Source of the DNA: the human T2T-CHM13v2.0 reference genome, Homo sapiens | NCBI RefSeq assembly: GCF_009914755.1 | Contig: NC_060926.1 | Strand: one strand, 5' to 3' | Length of the DNA stretch: 64,000 nucleotides | Shown: positions 44,280-60,021 of the stretch, in pieces | Numbering within the stretch: the stretch's first letter is position 1 | Layout of the letters: the number at the start of each line of letters is the position of its first letter | Notes under the pieces: model-generated | Databases searched by the model: none | What the model was told of the DNA's origin: nothing | What the model saw: the letters and a program-made list of their open reading frames with translations, nothing else | Program-made: the position numbers and the translations under genes

Positions 44280-45278
44280 TGGTGTATATGTGCCACATTT
44301 TCTTAATCCAGTCTATCATTGTTGGACATTTGGGTTGGTTCCAAGTCTTTGCTAATTGTGAGTAGTGCTGCAATAAAAATACATGTGCATGTGTCTTTAT
44401 AGCAGCATGATTTGTATTCCTTTTGGCACAATTACACCATGGAATACTATGCAACCATAAAACATAATGAGTTCATGCCCTTTGTAGGGACATGGATGAA
44501 GCTGGAAACCATCATTCTCAGCAAACTATAGCAAGGACAAAAAACCAAACACCGCATGTTCTCACTCATAGGTGGGAATTGAACAATGAGAACACTTGGA
44601 CACAGGAAGGGGAACATCACATGCCGGAACCTGTTGTAGGGTGGGAGGAGGAGGGAGGGATAGCATTAGGAGATATACCTAATGTAAATGATGAGTTAAT
44701 GGGTGCAGCACACCAACATGGCACATGTATACATATGTAACAAACCTGCACGTTGTGCACAAGTACCCTAGAACCTAAAGTATAATTTGAAAATATATAT
44801 ATATATTTTATATATATATTATATATATATTTTATATATATATTATATATATATTTTATATATATATTATATATATATTTTATATATATATTATATATAT
44901 ATTTTATATATATATTATATATATATTTTATATATATATTATATATATATATATATATAATATATATATATATATATAGAATTTAGGTCCCCTAACTCCA
45001 AAAAATAAAAATAAAAACAAAAAAATAGAGAATAAACAGAACAAAAAAGTGACTACACATTACCCATAAATGTCAGGAAGGGACTACGCTTAAGAAGAGA
45101 AAGGAAGCTGTGGATGGGGATGGGCATGGAGGTAGGGGTGCTTCTGAGCCCTACCAATATTCTACTTCTTGACCTTGATTGGTGATTATACAGTGTTCCT
45201 ATTATAGTAATTCATTAAACTGCATACTTATGTTTTTATGCAATTATTATGTGTTTTTTCTTAAAAAGTAAAATATTA
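44280..45278 (+). mobile_element. Short L1PA4-like insertion: inverted 5' piece, forward 3' end, TA tail, extra ~300-bp segment
   Basis: Reverse L1 44280-44430, forward L1 44433-44790, TA array, non-L1PA segment 44980-45278; TSD AAAAATTAAATCA at 44267-44279 and 45279-45291. Confidence 0.9.
44791..44978. repeat. Pure A/T minisatellite: 6 x ATATATATATTTTATATATATATT plus (TA)n
   Basis: 24-bp unit repeated perfectly across 44797-44940. Confidence 0.95.
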
Positions 45279-45358
45279 AAAAATTAAATCAAAATAGATC
45301 TTAAAGCTAAATGTAAAATAAATTTTAAGACTTTTGCAAGATAATACAGATGCTTCTT

Positions 45359-47247
<1,889 letters not shown>

Positions 47248-50165
47248 TATAGAAGAAAATGTAGGTGATGATTTGTTTGGTATTGAGTTTTTACATATGA
47301 TACCAAAAGCATGTTTTATGAAAGTAAAAAAAAAAAAAAAAGCTGATATTTACTTAAATTAAAAACTTCTGCCCTGAAAAAAACAACAGCAAAGAAAAAA
47401 AATAATAAAATAAAAAACAAGCCCTAGAGAGGGATAAAACATTTGCATAATAAAAAGAACTCTTAAAACTCGTTAATAGGAAAACAAACAACCTGATTTA
47501 AAATGGATATGATAGTCATTAAAAATGACTTAAAATAACAAATAAACATATAAAATATGTTCAACATCGTATTTTATTAAATTTCAAATTAAAACAATAA
47601 TGAGATACCACTATACACATATTACAATGGCCCAAATCCAAAACTCTGAGAACACCAAATTCTGGTGATGATGTAGAGCTAAATGTCCTCTTATTTGCTA
47701 ATGGTGAGAATGAAAAGTGGTACAGCCACTTTGGAAGACTGTTTGCCAGTCCATTAGAAAGCTAAATACAGTCTCAGCATACTGTCCAGCAAGTGCGCTC
47801 CTAGGTATTTAACAAAAGGCTGAAGATTATGTCCACACAAAAACCTGTACACAAATGTTTTAACAGCTTTATATGTTACTTCCCAAATTTGAAGCAACCT
47901 AGATGTCCTCCAGTAGGTGAATGGGCAATCCATATAACATTCTGCAGTAAAAAGAAATGAGCTATCAAATCACAAAAGACATTAAGGAAACAAATTGATA
48001 TTGCTAAGTGAAATAAACGAGTTTGAAAGGCTACAGACTCCATGATTACAAATCTGTGACAAAAACTACAAGAAAAGACGAAACTCTGGAGACAGTAAAA
48101 AGTTCAGTAGTATCCAGTGGTTTGAGGAGTGGGGTAGAGATAAAGAAGTGAAGCACAGGATGTTTTTAGGGCAGTCAAACTATTCTACATGATACTATAA
48201 TGGTATGTAAATGACAGTATACTTTTGTCAAAACCCAGGGAACTGTACAACACAGAGTGAACCCAAATGTAAACTACAGACTGTAGTTAATAATAATGTG
48301 TTAATATCAGTCTGTCAGTTGCAACGAATGAACAATACTAAAGCAAGATGTTAATAATTGAATAAACTGTGTGGGAGAAAGGCAAGGCATATTGGAACTC
48401 TATACTTTGCTCAATTTTTCTGGAAACTAAGGTGTTTTTAAAAACAAGATGTATTATCTAGAAAATCAATATGTGATTGTTCTTCACGAAGAAAGACTAA
48501 ATTTGAGAAATAACAAATGATACTTGCTTAGATGCATTAATTTTAATGCTTCAGTATGAACTACAATATTTGTTGAATATCACTGTGCTATTAATTTTGG
48601 AATTTCATATGAAATCTTTGTCTACTTAAAATTATGTGTTGACAATTTCATTCTCTTTAGTAATTATATTCTTTAAAAGAAATGACAGAAAAGTTTAGGA
48701 TATCTGACTTTATCCAATATTCTTCTCACATTGCCTCTTTCATTTAACAGATTTCATGCAGCAATCCACTTCAATAAAATATATATAATCATCTGTCTTT
48801 AAAAATTTATTAGTATAGTTGAGCTTCCTTTATTAGTAGAATCTTGTCAAGACTTGAAATTCCATGATGGGTTAATTAAGAAAAATTATTCTGAGAGATA
48901 CATTATCAAGCTTGATAAGATCACCCATCTAATTACAGAGGACTCCCTTGTGGCTTACCTACATTGGTACTTTAATTACTTCAAGAAAAGATAATCCCCT
49001 GTTCTATTTCTTACAGACCCATTAATGGTATGTTACAACAGAATCAGGTGTCTATTAAGAGTCTAGTAGTAAAAAAAAAAAAACAAAAAAACTGATTCCT
49101 TGTCATTTTTAAACAATAAACCTGATGCCATGCACTCTCTTTGTTGAAGATAATTTCTCACATAAATTTTCTACTCAACTTTATGTAAAGAAGAAAGTTT
49201 GTCATAAATAAAAAATCATAACCCCTGCCTCACTAACCATATCCCAGCATTCACTTTAATATAATCACCTAAATGCTCATATTGTGATAAGCATCACAGA
49301 TCATCATCGTATGGGTGACTAATAACACATTGAGGTTGCCATCATTTGGTCTCAGGTTAAAGTTTCTTTAATGTCTCTTGTGGGTCAAGCAATTGTCAAA
49401 CTGAGGATAATGTCTCTCTCTCTCTCTCTTTCACTCTCTCTCTCTCTTTCATTCTCAGAATGCTTCCACACATTTTTAGCAAGCTCCTTAACTTTTATCA
49501 GCTTAAGAATTTTCCTATTCACTTAATTAGTCATTGAAAATTAGTCAGGGGACCATATTTCTTGGGTACTCAAGTTTGTTTTAGCATTATATATTGAAGA
49601 ATATATAAAAGAGCAAATATAATCCTCTGTATAACTGATTACATTTCTATAAAACTTCAGTGCAAGAATTCAATATGAACTCAAGCCCAATACTAGGTAT
49701 ATTTCTTTCTATATTTGCATATCATCATCAATAGTAATAAAGCCATTATATTAAATTAAGAAACAGACACAAATCCCTTAATGAATTTTCTCTGGGTCTT
49801 CATTGCTTTGAAGTAAAGTGAAAATGGGTTGCGAGAAAACAGGGGAATCAGTTCAGGAGTAATAAAGTATTTCAAGATTGTAATCATCTTCAGAGTATTT
49901 TATTTTCCCACAGTCACAAAAATCAATGAAGCCTCTCTCAGGGTTTGGAACCTACTAGTTATTGCTATTCTTGGCAGTAGATAATAAGCTTATAATCTGT
50001 AGGCATTGCAAGTGATCCAAGACATTTGAGAAGAGGAACAACCCCTTATCTTCCATTTTTCATGAGTGGACAATAGCAAGAGAAACAGAAGTTATTAGAA
50101 AAATAGAAAGCAAGACAGAGAAGACATAATTTGACTTTATAACTTATTAGAAAACTCCTTAAATT

Positions 50166-50304
50166 CACAGTGGCTCACACCTGTAATCCCAGCACTTTCG
50201 GAAGCTGAGGCAGGCAGATCACCTGAGGTCAGGAGTTTCAGACCAGCCTAGCCAACATGGTGAAACTCCGTCTCTACTAAAAAAACAAAAAAGAAAAAGA
50301 AAAA
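50166..50304 (+). mobile_element. Alu left monomer only (AluS-type) with A-tail and 19-bp TSD
   Basis: CAGTGGCTCACACCTGTAATCCCAGC...CTCTACTAAAA followed by an A-rich tail; TSD AGAAAAC(T/C)CCTTAAATTCA at 50149-50167 and 50305-50323. Confidence 0.92.
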
Positions 50305-50334
50305 AGAAAACCCCTTAAATTCAAGACCACCTAC

Positions 50335-50340
50335 TCTCTC

Positions 50341-50378
<38 letters not shown>

Positions 50379-50697
50379 ATATATGCACAAGTATATATAC
50401 ACACATACACACCATATGTCCATCACAAGGCAAGACACATATATGTGTGTGTGTATATATATGTATGTATGTGTATATATATACCTATATATGTATATAT
50501 GGTTATATATCTTACATATCTATATATAGTATATATATCTTACCTTGAGATGGACATATGGTGGCATATATATACACACACGAAGGTATGTCAGTATGTG
50601 CATATATACCCAAATATATGTGAGGATATTTATGTATGTGTGTGTTTGTGTATGTGTGTGTATATATGGGGTGTGTGTGTGTTTGTGCAGGTGTGTA
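50335..50697. repeat. Alternating purine-pyrimidine low-complexity block (CA/TA/TG)
   Basis: (CA)n at 50344-50376 followed by degenerate TA/TG repeats. Confidence 0.9.
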
Positions 50698-50964
50698 AAA
50701 GACACAGTGCTGGTCCCCAGGGGATGAAGAGTGAAAAATGATATAAGCCTTGTTTTCAAGGAGGCAAGACTTTATTAAGGAACATACACAATAAAAATGC
50801 CTAATAGAAGTCCTTGTGACTATGTTGAAAAATAGCGCAGAGTTGATGGATTCTACCCAGGGTCAAGGAAAACGTCATCTTCAAAGGAGACATAAATATT
50901 GGGTGGAATATGAATGCGAGTTCTTAAATGGAGTACAGTATGTAGTGAGGACAAGTGTGTTGTG

Positions 50965-51210
50965 TGAAGAAAGCTCTGTGAGTACTTCTAGAGAATTATC
51001 CAACTTGAGGGGCATTATGAAAAACCCCTAGATTTGTACCCAGTTGGTCCAAAATGTGAATAATCAAGGGATCCCCCACTTGGTGGATGGCACTTGAGTG
51101 GGGACAGTGTTGTTGAGGACCATTCCCTTAAACCTGTGGAATCTAATGCTACCTCAAAGTGGCTAGTGTCAGATTTACATTCTATCATGGTGTGACAGTT
51201 GTAGTCAGAA
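50965..51210 (+). mobile_element. MER21C/MER77-like LTR 3' fragment
   Basis: CTGTGAGTACTTCTAGAGAATTATCCAACTTGAGGG...CCCTTAAACCTGTGGAATCTAATGCTAC...TAGTGTCAGA. Confidence 0.6.
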
Positions 51211-54200
51211 AATAGATTCTCTTTTACTTAATGGTATGTTGTGATGATTTGTGAATAAGTCTGACTGAACTCCAAGGTGTCAGGAACACTGGTGGCTGAT
51301 ACAGTGTGTTGGAGTTTAATTTTTTACTTGTCATCAAATTGGGCATTTTTTGACTTTACCTACAATTGGTTCTCCTTCAAAACAATAGAAAGTATCAATT
51401 AATATGGTCTTGATATTCAAGAAAATGAAAAAGCATGAGACAAAAAAAAAAACACCTAGTAGCTGAATCTAGTTATGAAGATAAACTACATGGTAGTAGA
51501 AATGTTTGTCAGATAAAAATAATCATTAGAATACAAGATTTAAATAAGAGCATAAACTGGATGGAAGCTAAAACCTGGCACCCTTTTCTTTAGCACATTA
51601 GAAAAATGAAAACTTGCAAGATTTTTTGATCCATAGCCAATAAAACTTAACAATGAAAAAAAACTACATCACTTTAGAAAGGACCATCAAACAGATTTAA
51701 GATTACTCCAGAGTCAAACTGTGTCTGAAAAGTTTTTGGCAATTGTTTAAGGACACATAACTGTGGGCAATCAGAATGTCTCCTGGTAAAGGAAAAATAA
51801 AGTCGCTGTATTTTTGAGAAACAGAAAAATGGAAGTTTTGAAAATAACGGCTTGTCAAAAATTAAAAATTTCTAATTTCCTACAACACTTGAAAAAAAAA
51901 AGGAAGCGTAATTTTAATATCTAGAAAACAATTTTTTCCCTCCGGTGAAATCTCAGATGACACTGGCCTATTGTTGGCTTAGTTTCACCTGCAACTATCC
52001 ATTTGTGATCCATGACAGCGTTTGCTCTGCACTCCTGTTCCACCAACCCAGCTTTTCCAATTACATTAGCATTCAGTTTAATCCTCTCTGTTTTCTACTT
52101 GCCTAAGGATAAAATCCTAGCTTGGAATCTCTTCTTGGAATCCAAACCTCACAACATTCTGGCAGATCTCAAACTCTCGGAGCCACTCCCCTTAATAGCT
52201 AAGGTTTATTCTCTTAATTAACTTGACTTTTCACCATTCCACAAACATGCCATACTCTATGACTCCACTTTGGCCCAAGTTATTCTTTTTGAAATTAAAG
52301 ATGTGTACTTTGTCCTTTGTCTAATAATCTCTTATTCCATGTAAATTTCCATTTACTTGTCACATTTCCTATAAACACACTGAACCTGTAGTCATATATA
52401 GAAAAAAAATGCTTATTGCATAAAAAGCAAATGACAATAAAAACATCTAAATTAAATATATAAAATGCTTTAAATTCATGATTGCAAGTATATAGATGCT
52501 TATTGCGATATGCTATGTTTTCTTGTACAGTTGATTTTTTTTAGTTTAAAACCAAGAAAAAATCAATAGTAAAAGTCCATAATAATACTGATTGCCTCAA
52601 GTAATCATTGATAACAGTTCTGGTATTTTTTTCCCATTCAGTTTATTTAAAGTATTTGTCGTTTTTATAAAATTGATCCTAGTAGCTCTAATGTTTTTTT
52701 CTACTATTGCCATTAATCATACTCAAAAAAAACTTGTGCAAAAAAACTTGTTTTATACTTTTTGTCTAGAAAATCTTTAAAAATTAAGTGTTTAAGAAAC
52801 AATCTAACTCTTAAAATGCAAAAATATGCTCAACATGACCAATGCAGGTACTTAAAAGAGAAATGTGTATATGTCTTTGAAATTATATATCAAAAGCTCT
52901 CTGATTAGTGTTTGATTGATGGGTACAAATTTACATATTGATCATTATCTCCATTCTGTGACTTTCAAAGTAATAGACAATTGTGTGCTTATCTCTAAAT
53001 GTGTTCCTTAATCATATAAGTACATAACTGAAGAGTTAGAGGGGATCCTTGGGAATTTCAGTGACTTTTGTTGTATAAATAACTTTGCATTATTAATATT
53101 ATTTTCAAATGCAGAATGAAATTATTTAAATTATATATTCTCCAAAAGCACATTGTAAATGGATTTGGAGTGATCATATTTTTGTCCACTAGAGGAAGTG
53201 TCTATAAAGGCAATGGGGAGGGACTACAAGAAAATGAATGATCACAAGCATAAATATAAAAGATGTTGCCCTGTATTTTAAAATTGTAATTCTGCATATT
53301 AGCACTACTTGCCACACAGCCGTTAACACCGAGGAGACTAATTATGTCTATTAATACATATGGAACACACGTGGATTTTGTTTTTCAGTTTGCTATTGCA
53401 TTGTGCTGTCACACTTACATATGAAAGTTTAAATAGCTGGTTTTCTAGCTAAAATTTCATAAACTCTGCTATCACAATGTTTTGCCATTAGGTAGCTCAA
53501 TAGATTCTGCTTCCAGTACAAATGGTTTTTGCAAATTAAAATTACAGAAATCAATCATCTACTATTTCCTTGCTCAATTACAGTCTTTGCTAAGACAATA
53601 TGATTTATAAAATTAGTTATTATATGATTGTAATATGCTTTGGAAATTTTACATTAATTCAAAATAGAAATCAGGTGTAATAAGTACCAATATTTGATAG
53701 CCTCATTTATATTAATTATTTCAGCTCTCTTCAGTATTTGCTAAGCTAAAATTCAAAACTCAGCTGGGATTTTGCTTGATGACTTGTCAGTTAACTAACA
53801 ATTCTCAGTAAAAAATGATACAATCCAATATATCATTATAAGTTAATTGCCACACATTTCACTGGACAGTGATCAGACCTCCTGGTACATTTTTTAGTAA
53901 ATCCGGTCCCAGCTCTGGAAAGCCCCATCTCCCCACCCTCTGTTAAAACCAAGCTTATGGTCTTGCCTAACAATTTAGTGGTAAAATGGGGGCAAACACA
54001 TAAAATTCATCTTTTGGTTTTATTATGCCCACCAATCTGCCTTATCTGTAATCATGTTTTCTCATTTGTTTTGTATGAACAGAAACATCTGTATCCATCA
54101 GAATTTGATCAGAGAAGCAGCACAACTACAAATGATGAAGCAGGAGAGGTTTACAACAGAGATTAGTGGAGCTGATGGAGAAGTCGAGGCAGGACTATCG

Positions 54201-55410
54201 TCTTGTGTCTGGTATTGTGCGTAAAGTCACAACAGGTCTGCCAGACCAGCTGTTGGGAAAGGGAAGCCTAATATAGCAAGAACAAGGACAATTAGAACAG
54301 GTGGGGAGTACTGGGACCCACAAAGACAAACCCTAACTCTTAAGTGACTCTCACCAACTCCCAACCCAGTGCTATGAGAGGTTTTCAGGAGAAGCTGCGG
54401 TCCTTTGGAGCTGGACACGCAGGACTCAGTGAAGCTGATTCAGGAGATCTTGTCAGAACCGTTTCAATCAACCTTCTATCTAAATGCTCAGTAAAAAAAT
54501 TAAAATGTTAGCTTTAATTCACGTCTTCTTTTTGTCTAAACATATTCTTCTTCAAGTCCTGTTATTACTGCTACAATGGAATGTGAAGCTGCCCATTTCT
54601 CTCCAGATAAGCAATTACTATCTGGTTCCAAGTTGTGAGCATGTTTCAACCATGAACGTAACTTTCATAGTCCCAGTTTTGAGCCATCCCACCTCAAAAA
54701 CATAGACTCCACACAGTGGCCTTGCCCTAGCCCCAAATTCATCAATGATTTTCCTTGACATAGTGAAATCTGAAGTCCTTCCCTGAGCTCCAAATCTCAA
54801 CGCCACTCCCTTAATCTAAAAATGTATCCATTCAGCCTCACCCCCTTCCACTTTTTTTGACTTTATTTCACCCCTGCCACCTTAGCTTCCTTTATATTTT
54901 GAAATAATTCTGTGTTCTTTATCATCATAACTCAGTTGTTTTACCTTAAGCCAGCAGCTCTTCTGTCTGCATGATTCTTTATCTTTCAAGTTTCATTTCA
55001 ATATAATCTGCTTGCAAATTAATTTTCTAATTACCATGTTTTTGGTAAACATTCCCCATCTCTTATTCTTCTACACACAGACACATACACATACACTTAC
55101 TCCCTTCTCTATCTTCTTCCTCGGCCTTATAATAATGTAACTTATGTTTTCATAAACAAACCTTAAAAACAGAACCTGACAGAAAACAGTCAATATATAT
55201 TTGTAGAAAGACAAAATTATCGCTTTTATTTGTATTCATTTTATTAATTATAATGCTTTAAGTCATTTCACATATTCATTTGCAGTTGGTAAGTCTTCTG
55301 TATGTTGACAGCTGAATTAGCCCATTTGTTTCTTTCTTGTGTTCTTTGTTTTCTTTAAAGTGCCTTACTTATTTGTGAAGGCTAAGAATACCTTAAAATA
55401 TTTATCTTTA

Positions 55411-55703
55411 GGCCGGGTGCGATGGCTCACGTCTGTAATCCCAGCACTTTGGGAGGCCGAGACGGGTGGATCACTTGAAGTCAGGAGTTCGAGAACAGCC
55501 TGGCCAACATGGTGAAACCCCATCTCTACTAAAAATACAAAAATTAGCCTGCCATGGTGGTGGATGCCTGTATTCTCAGCTACTCGGGAGGCAGGAGAAT
55601 CGCTTGAACCTGAGAGGCGGAGGTTGCAGTGAGCCAAGATCTCACCACTGCACTGCAGCCTGGGCCAAACAGCCAGACTCCGTCTCAAAAAAAAAAAAAA
55701 AAA
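55411..55703 (+). mobile_element. Full-length AluS (Sx/Sz-like)
   Basis: GGCCGGGTGCGATGGCTCAC...CGTCTC plus A-tail; TSD core TTATCTTTA on both sides. Confidence 0.95.
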
Positions 55704-58700
55704 TTATCTTTAATCTCTCAAACATGTAACATATTTTTCATCATTTAAAAATATTTTATAGTTTTGTCATAGATATTTTACATCTTCTAAATCAAATTTA
55801 TCTTATACTTTGACTTTTCTGACATATTTCCTATGAAGTTATTTTTCACCACAGTAATATAAAGACCTTGACTAAAATTATCTAGTCATCACACAATTTT
55901 ATAATTTAAATTTGTATCATTAACACGTGTGACATATTTTGCTATATGATATGTGATGGAGCGCCAGCATTTTTTAAATTTATCTATATTTGTTGCCAAT
56001 GATCTAAATAAACTTTTTGTTTTATTGATCTGTCTTATGTGAGAATCTTAAAGTTTTAGTAAGTATATCTTCAAATTCATCTCCGGCATCTTACACTTTT
56101 TTCCAGAACTTTCCCGATTACTATCATATATACTCTTCCAAATGAAATTAAAACAATTTGAAATAACTTTAGAAGTGTATAATTATGTTTCTAAGTATTG
56201 ATGAATTACTTAGATATTTGTTTCTGTCTTTTTGTTGTTGTTTGCTATGGTTTACAAAATAAATTATCCTTTTGTTAGATTTTGAAACATTGGAGTTTTT
56301 CTATCATCTGTATAAAACTGTCTTTCTTAAATGAAATCTTTGTAAATAACTCTTTATATACTTTCCTTAAAACGACAATATGGGAAAAGTGTGTCACCTA
56401 AGCTATTTTCACATTTGTCTAAATTCAGATTCATATTTTTATTTCCAAGAGAAGGTGCTTATCATAAACTCAGGGAAGGACTGAAATAAACTTAAAATTA
56501 AAAACAGCCATATAAATTTAGGCTTAATTTTTAAAAATAATTTAAATATAACATAGAGTATATAACACCTAATCACAATACCAAGTAGCATTTTTATTAT
56601 AGCTGTCCTCTCATTTACAGCATTATAAGACATAAGTCAAATAATTAATTGTACACGTAACATCTGTGTCTTCCATTACACTAACCATTACTAGAGATTA
56701 AGAACCTACTGGGGTTCCTTTGTATCATTTAATACTACCTTCAGAGTACAGACCACAGATCCAGACACACAGGCTCTTCAATAAATATTTGTTCAAAATG
56801 TGAAAAAGTTAATGAATAAACCTATAAATTCATGCTTAGGTTGAAATGATTCTGAATAAAAATTAAGTACTCCAGGAGCTTCTTGCAAATGTGGTTTAAT
56901 GTTTGTCAAAGGGATTTTTTTCTAGAAACTAAAGATATCTTTAAATTATCACACAAAGGAATTTTCATAGAAAAATACAAAGATATTAAAACACATTTAT
57001 ATATGATTTATGTTTATCTGGAACATGTTATAACTTCTTCCATGTGAGTATAAAATAAACAGGAGTGTGAAATTCACTTGGAAATATATTCTTAAGTAAA
57101 AATTGGTGGAAAAGAGAAAGCATCAAAAATTACCTCTTTTCTACTTCTTTTTCTTAGCCACTGACATTCTGAATTTTGAAACTGAAGGCAAATCAATTTA
57201 ATAAATATTTGTCATATCTTGACCTTAACAAAGATAGTACCATAATTCTTGCAAGTTATGAAACTCTGCGCACACAGATGTTTTGAAATGCATTTGAGGG
57301 AATATGCAAACATAAAATCAATGAATTAATATGGTAATTATCCTGGAGGCTGTGCAAGTCTATGGTTGCAGACCATTATCCAAAACAGCCCTATTCTATT
57401 TCTAAGCTCCTCTTTCTTCTACAAAGATACAATTCAGTTTGTAGACAAGGTTAGTATTTAGTGATGAAGCATCTTTGCCAGTAACTTATCAACCATTTAT
57501 CTGAATATTTGGTTCACTTTGGCATTATAGCAGTTACACTAACAGGATGAAATAGCAGCCTGTCTCAAATAGTTCTGCAGTGGTCAAATAAAACAAATTT
57601 AATAAATAAGGATTTTTGAGAGTCATTTTTCCTAGTCTTTTTTTTTTCAGTAACAGAATAAGCCATTATAATTGAATTCAACTTTATTATCCTCTTCCTT
57701 GATTTTCTCTTTTTTTGATCAGTATTTAGCTGAATCACCTTTGTGGTTCCAGCAATATCTTTTGGACCAATTTATTAATAATAGTTTAATAAAGGTTCAA
57801 CAATTTACAAAAGTCCTGTTGTTTAGGATTTTATTTTACATTTTAATTCTAAACTATTACGTTAGGGGGTAGATATTTATTAGTTTAGTGGAGGCTAGAG
57901 TAGAATAATTCTTTTCTAACCTCTCTGGCTGAGAAGAGTATTATGAGGCTTAGAAAATGTAATTCCTGCCCCAGTTGAATTTGGGCTTTTCTCGATTCAT
58001 GATTTCAAATGGCTTACCTTGCCTTTTGATTTCTTTCTCCCCTGAGCTAGCTAATCAAATCTCTTCATCCCAGCCCTCAAATCCTCTGGCTGGTGTTCAT
58101 CACACTTCATTCTCTTCTATTGCTTTGTCTTTTTGAAAGTCCTCTTGCTATTTCTTTCTTTACTTTGCAGTAGCACTTCAAAGTTTTGCCCATATCCCCT
58201 CTACAGGAAAACATCATCTCAGTTTAATTATTTAGTAAAAAAGACTAACAGAAAAGGAGTTCAAACACTACAGATTCAGGAATGCATATTCCATTTAAAC
58301 AATCATACTGCCTCTGTCTCTGAGGGGAAATGCTCTCTCAGACGTTCAGTTTCCTTTCTGTGTAGTGAGAATGCAGGTAACTTTTCCCCAGCTTCCCAGA
58401 TTCACAGGAGAAAAGGTGGCATAAAGCACGCAAAAACCATTAGGCTTTGGAACCAGAAAAACCAGTTTTCAAATGTCTGTTTTATTGTTTATAAATCAAT
58501 TTTCTTGGGGGAAAAAGATTTTCTAAAAAGGTGAAATCATGTAGATTAAAATAAATAGATTTTTAAAATTTTATTCTTTTCATTAATGAGAGAACCAGGC
58601 GAATATCATAATGTGTTCAAAAGATAATCCAATGACATGTCAATGTAGATTGTATAGATATGTGGTTTGTGTATATGCACACATTATACCTATTTATACA

Positions 58701-59391
58701 TACTAACATACACATACATAAGGAGATAAATATATATGTATATATGTGTACATATACCCACATATCCACACACATCAAGAGTATTGGAATTTGGGTTTCT
58801 GCATATCCAATTCAGATTTGCCATTATTGAAATTAATTTTTGACATTTTTGAGAATACTTTCAGACCCTAAGGTGAATGGATTTCATTTTTAATTACTGA
58901 ATTTGAATATAGATAATAAACTTAGGAGTGAAATACTACTGAATACATTTCCAATTTTCCTGCACAGTGTTTCATCAATATTATAGTGTTGTCTTTGCTG
59001 TTTTAATAGCAATATATCATTTCCTTTGGTCTATATTCTCAGAGGATGCTTTGAAAATTCCCAGTTTTATCTACTTATATTAATAATTGTCCTTGAGAAT
59101 AACATGCCTGGCTGCGGATTTTTAGCAGATCCTTTACAATGTAGAAAATTATCAAGGTGATGTTTAAGAAGAGAAATAGTTGTACCAATTTCAATATTCT
59201 GATTAATTAATACATCACTGGAAATATTAAATACCATTTATATTTGTTATGAAAGCTCCATGGGCAACAAATATATGCAGTATTAAGGCAAATGCTGATC
59301 TTGTTATCTACAATTTGACAACATTCCTCCAAAGACCACATGTACTTGTTAGAAAAAATGCCATTTTCTGAGATGTAGATGTGGAGACTCA

Positions 59392-60021
59392 TGAATATAA
59401 TAAATCTGAAAATGTTGAACTTTGCAGGAGCCCTATGACTCTAGAAAACAGTCAAGGTGAGGAATTTGCTCTGTTCTTCTGTGCTCTGGAAAAGGCATAA
59501 ACCAAAGGAACAGCCCTCCCCATAAGACTTAGATCAAAGATGTGGGGCCTTCTTTGTTTAACCTACTACAAGTTCAGACGCATAACCTTCAAACTCCCAT
59601 TCTTTGTTTCATAAACGATGAACTAAACTTCTTGTCCCCACTGATCAATAAAAACAAAATGCTTGATAATCAAACTTCAGTTAAGTTTCTCTTCTTCAAG
59701 GTCCCTGAACTTTAACCCACCCTCAGCCTAAGCCATACAACTGTCCCTCTTGAGAACAGGCTGGCATCAGAATAAAACATCCTCTGATCAACTGTTTGAT
59801 AATACTATGCTTTCATCCCACTTCCACACACCTGGTTCTTTTTAGCCTTATTTACTCCTCCCTATAAAAGAAAATCCCTTTTTGTCTAATTCTTGAGATA
59901 CTTGTAGATCTTATCATGAGAGAATTTTTTCCTATTGCAATAGTCTGTTCAACCCTCTTTGCAAAAATTCTTTTGAATAAAGTCTCTACTTATGAAATCC
60001 CGATTTGATTTTTGTTTGATA
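59392..60021 (+). mobile_element. ERV1 solo LTR (MER67/MER31-like)
   Basis: TGTCCCCACTGATCAAT...GGTCCCTGAACTTT..CCCACCCTCAGCCT, TATA-like CCTATAAAAG, CCTATTGCAATAGTC, poly-A signal GAATAAAGTCTCT. Confidence 0.65.

Noticed and set aside
44797-44940. Regularly spaced repeats as a CRISPR-like array
   Set aside because: Head-to-tail A/T units with no spacers and no cas genes, in primate DNA.
50248-50759. Cluster of overlapping ORFs (also 27361-27600 and 62049-62445)
   Set aside because: Artefacts of stop-poor CA/TG or T-rich low-complexity sequence.
54090-54420. Possible ancient MLT2/LTR33-like fragment (also ~31700-31960)
   Set aside because: Too degraded to assign by eye.
55365-55729. Alu-overlapping ORFs (also 2796, 22255, 26169, 32789, 41107)
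   Set aside because: Typical Alu read-through translations.
58133-58534. 133-aa ORF with signal-peptide-like start
   Set aside because: TTG start, hydrophobicity comes from a T-rich stretch, no recognisable domain or splice support.
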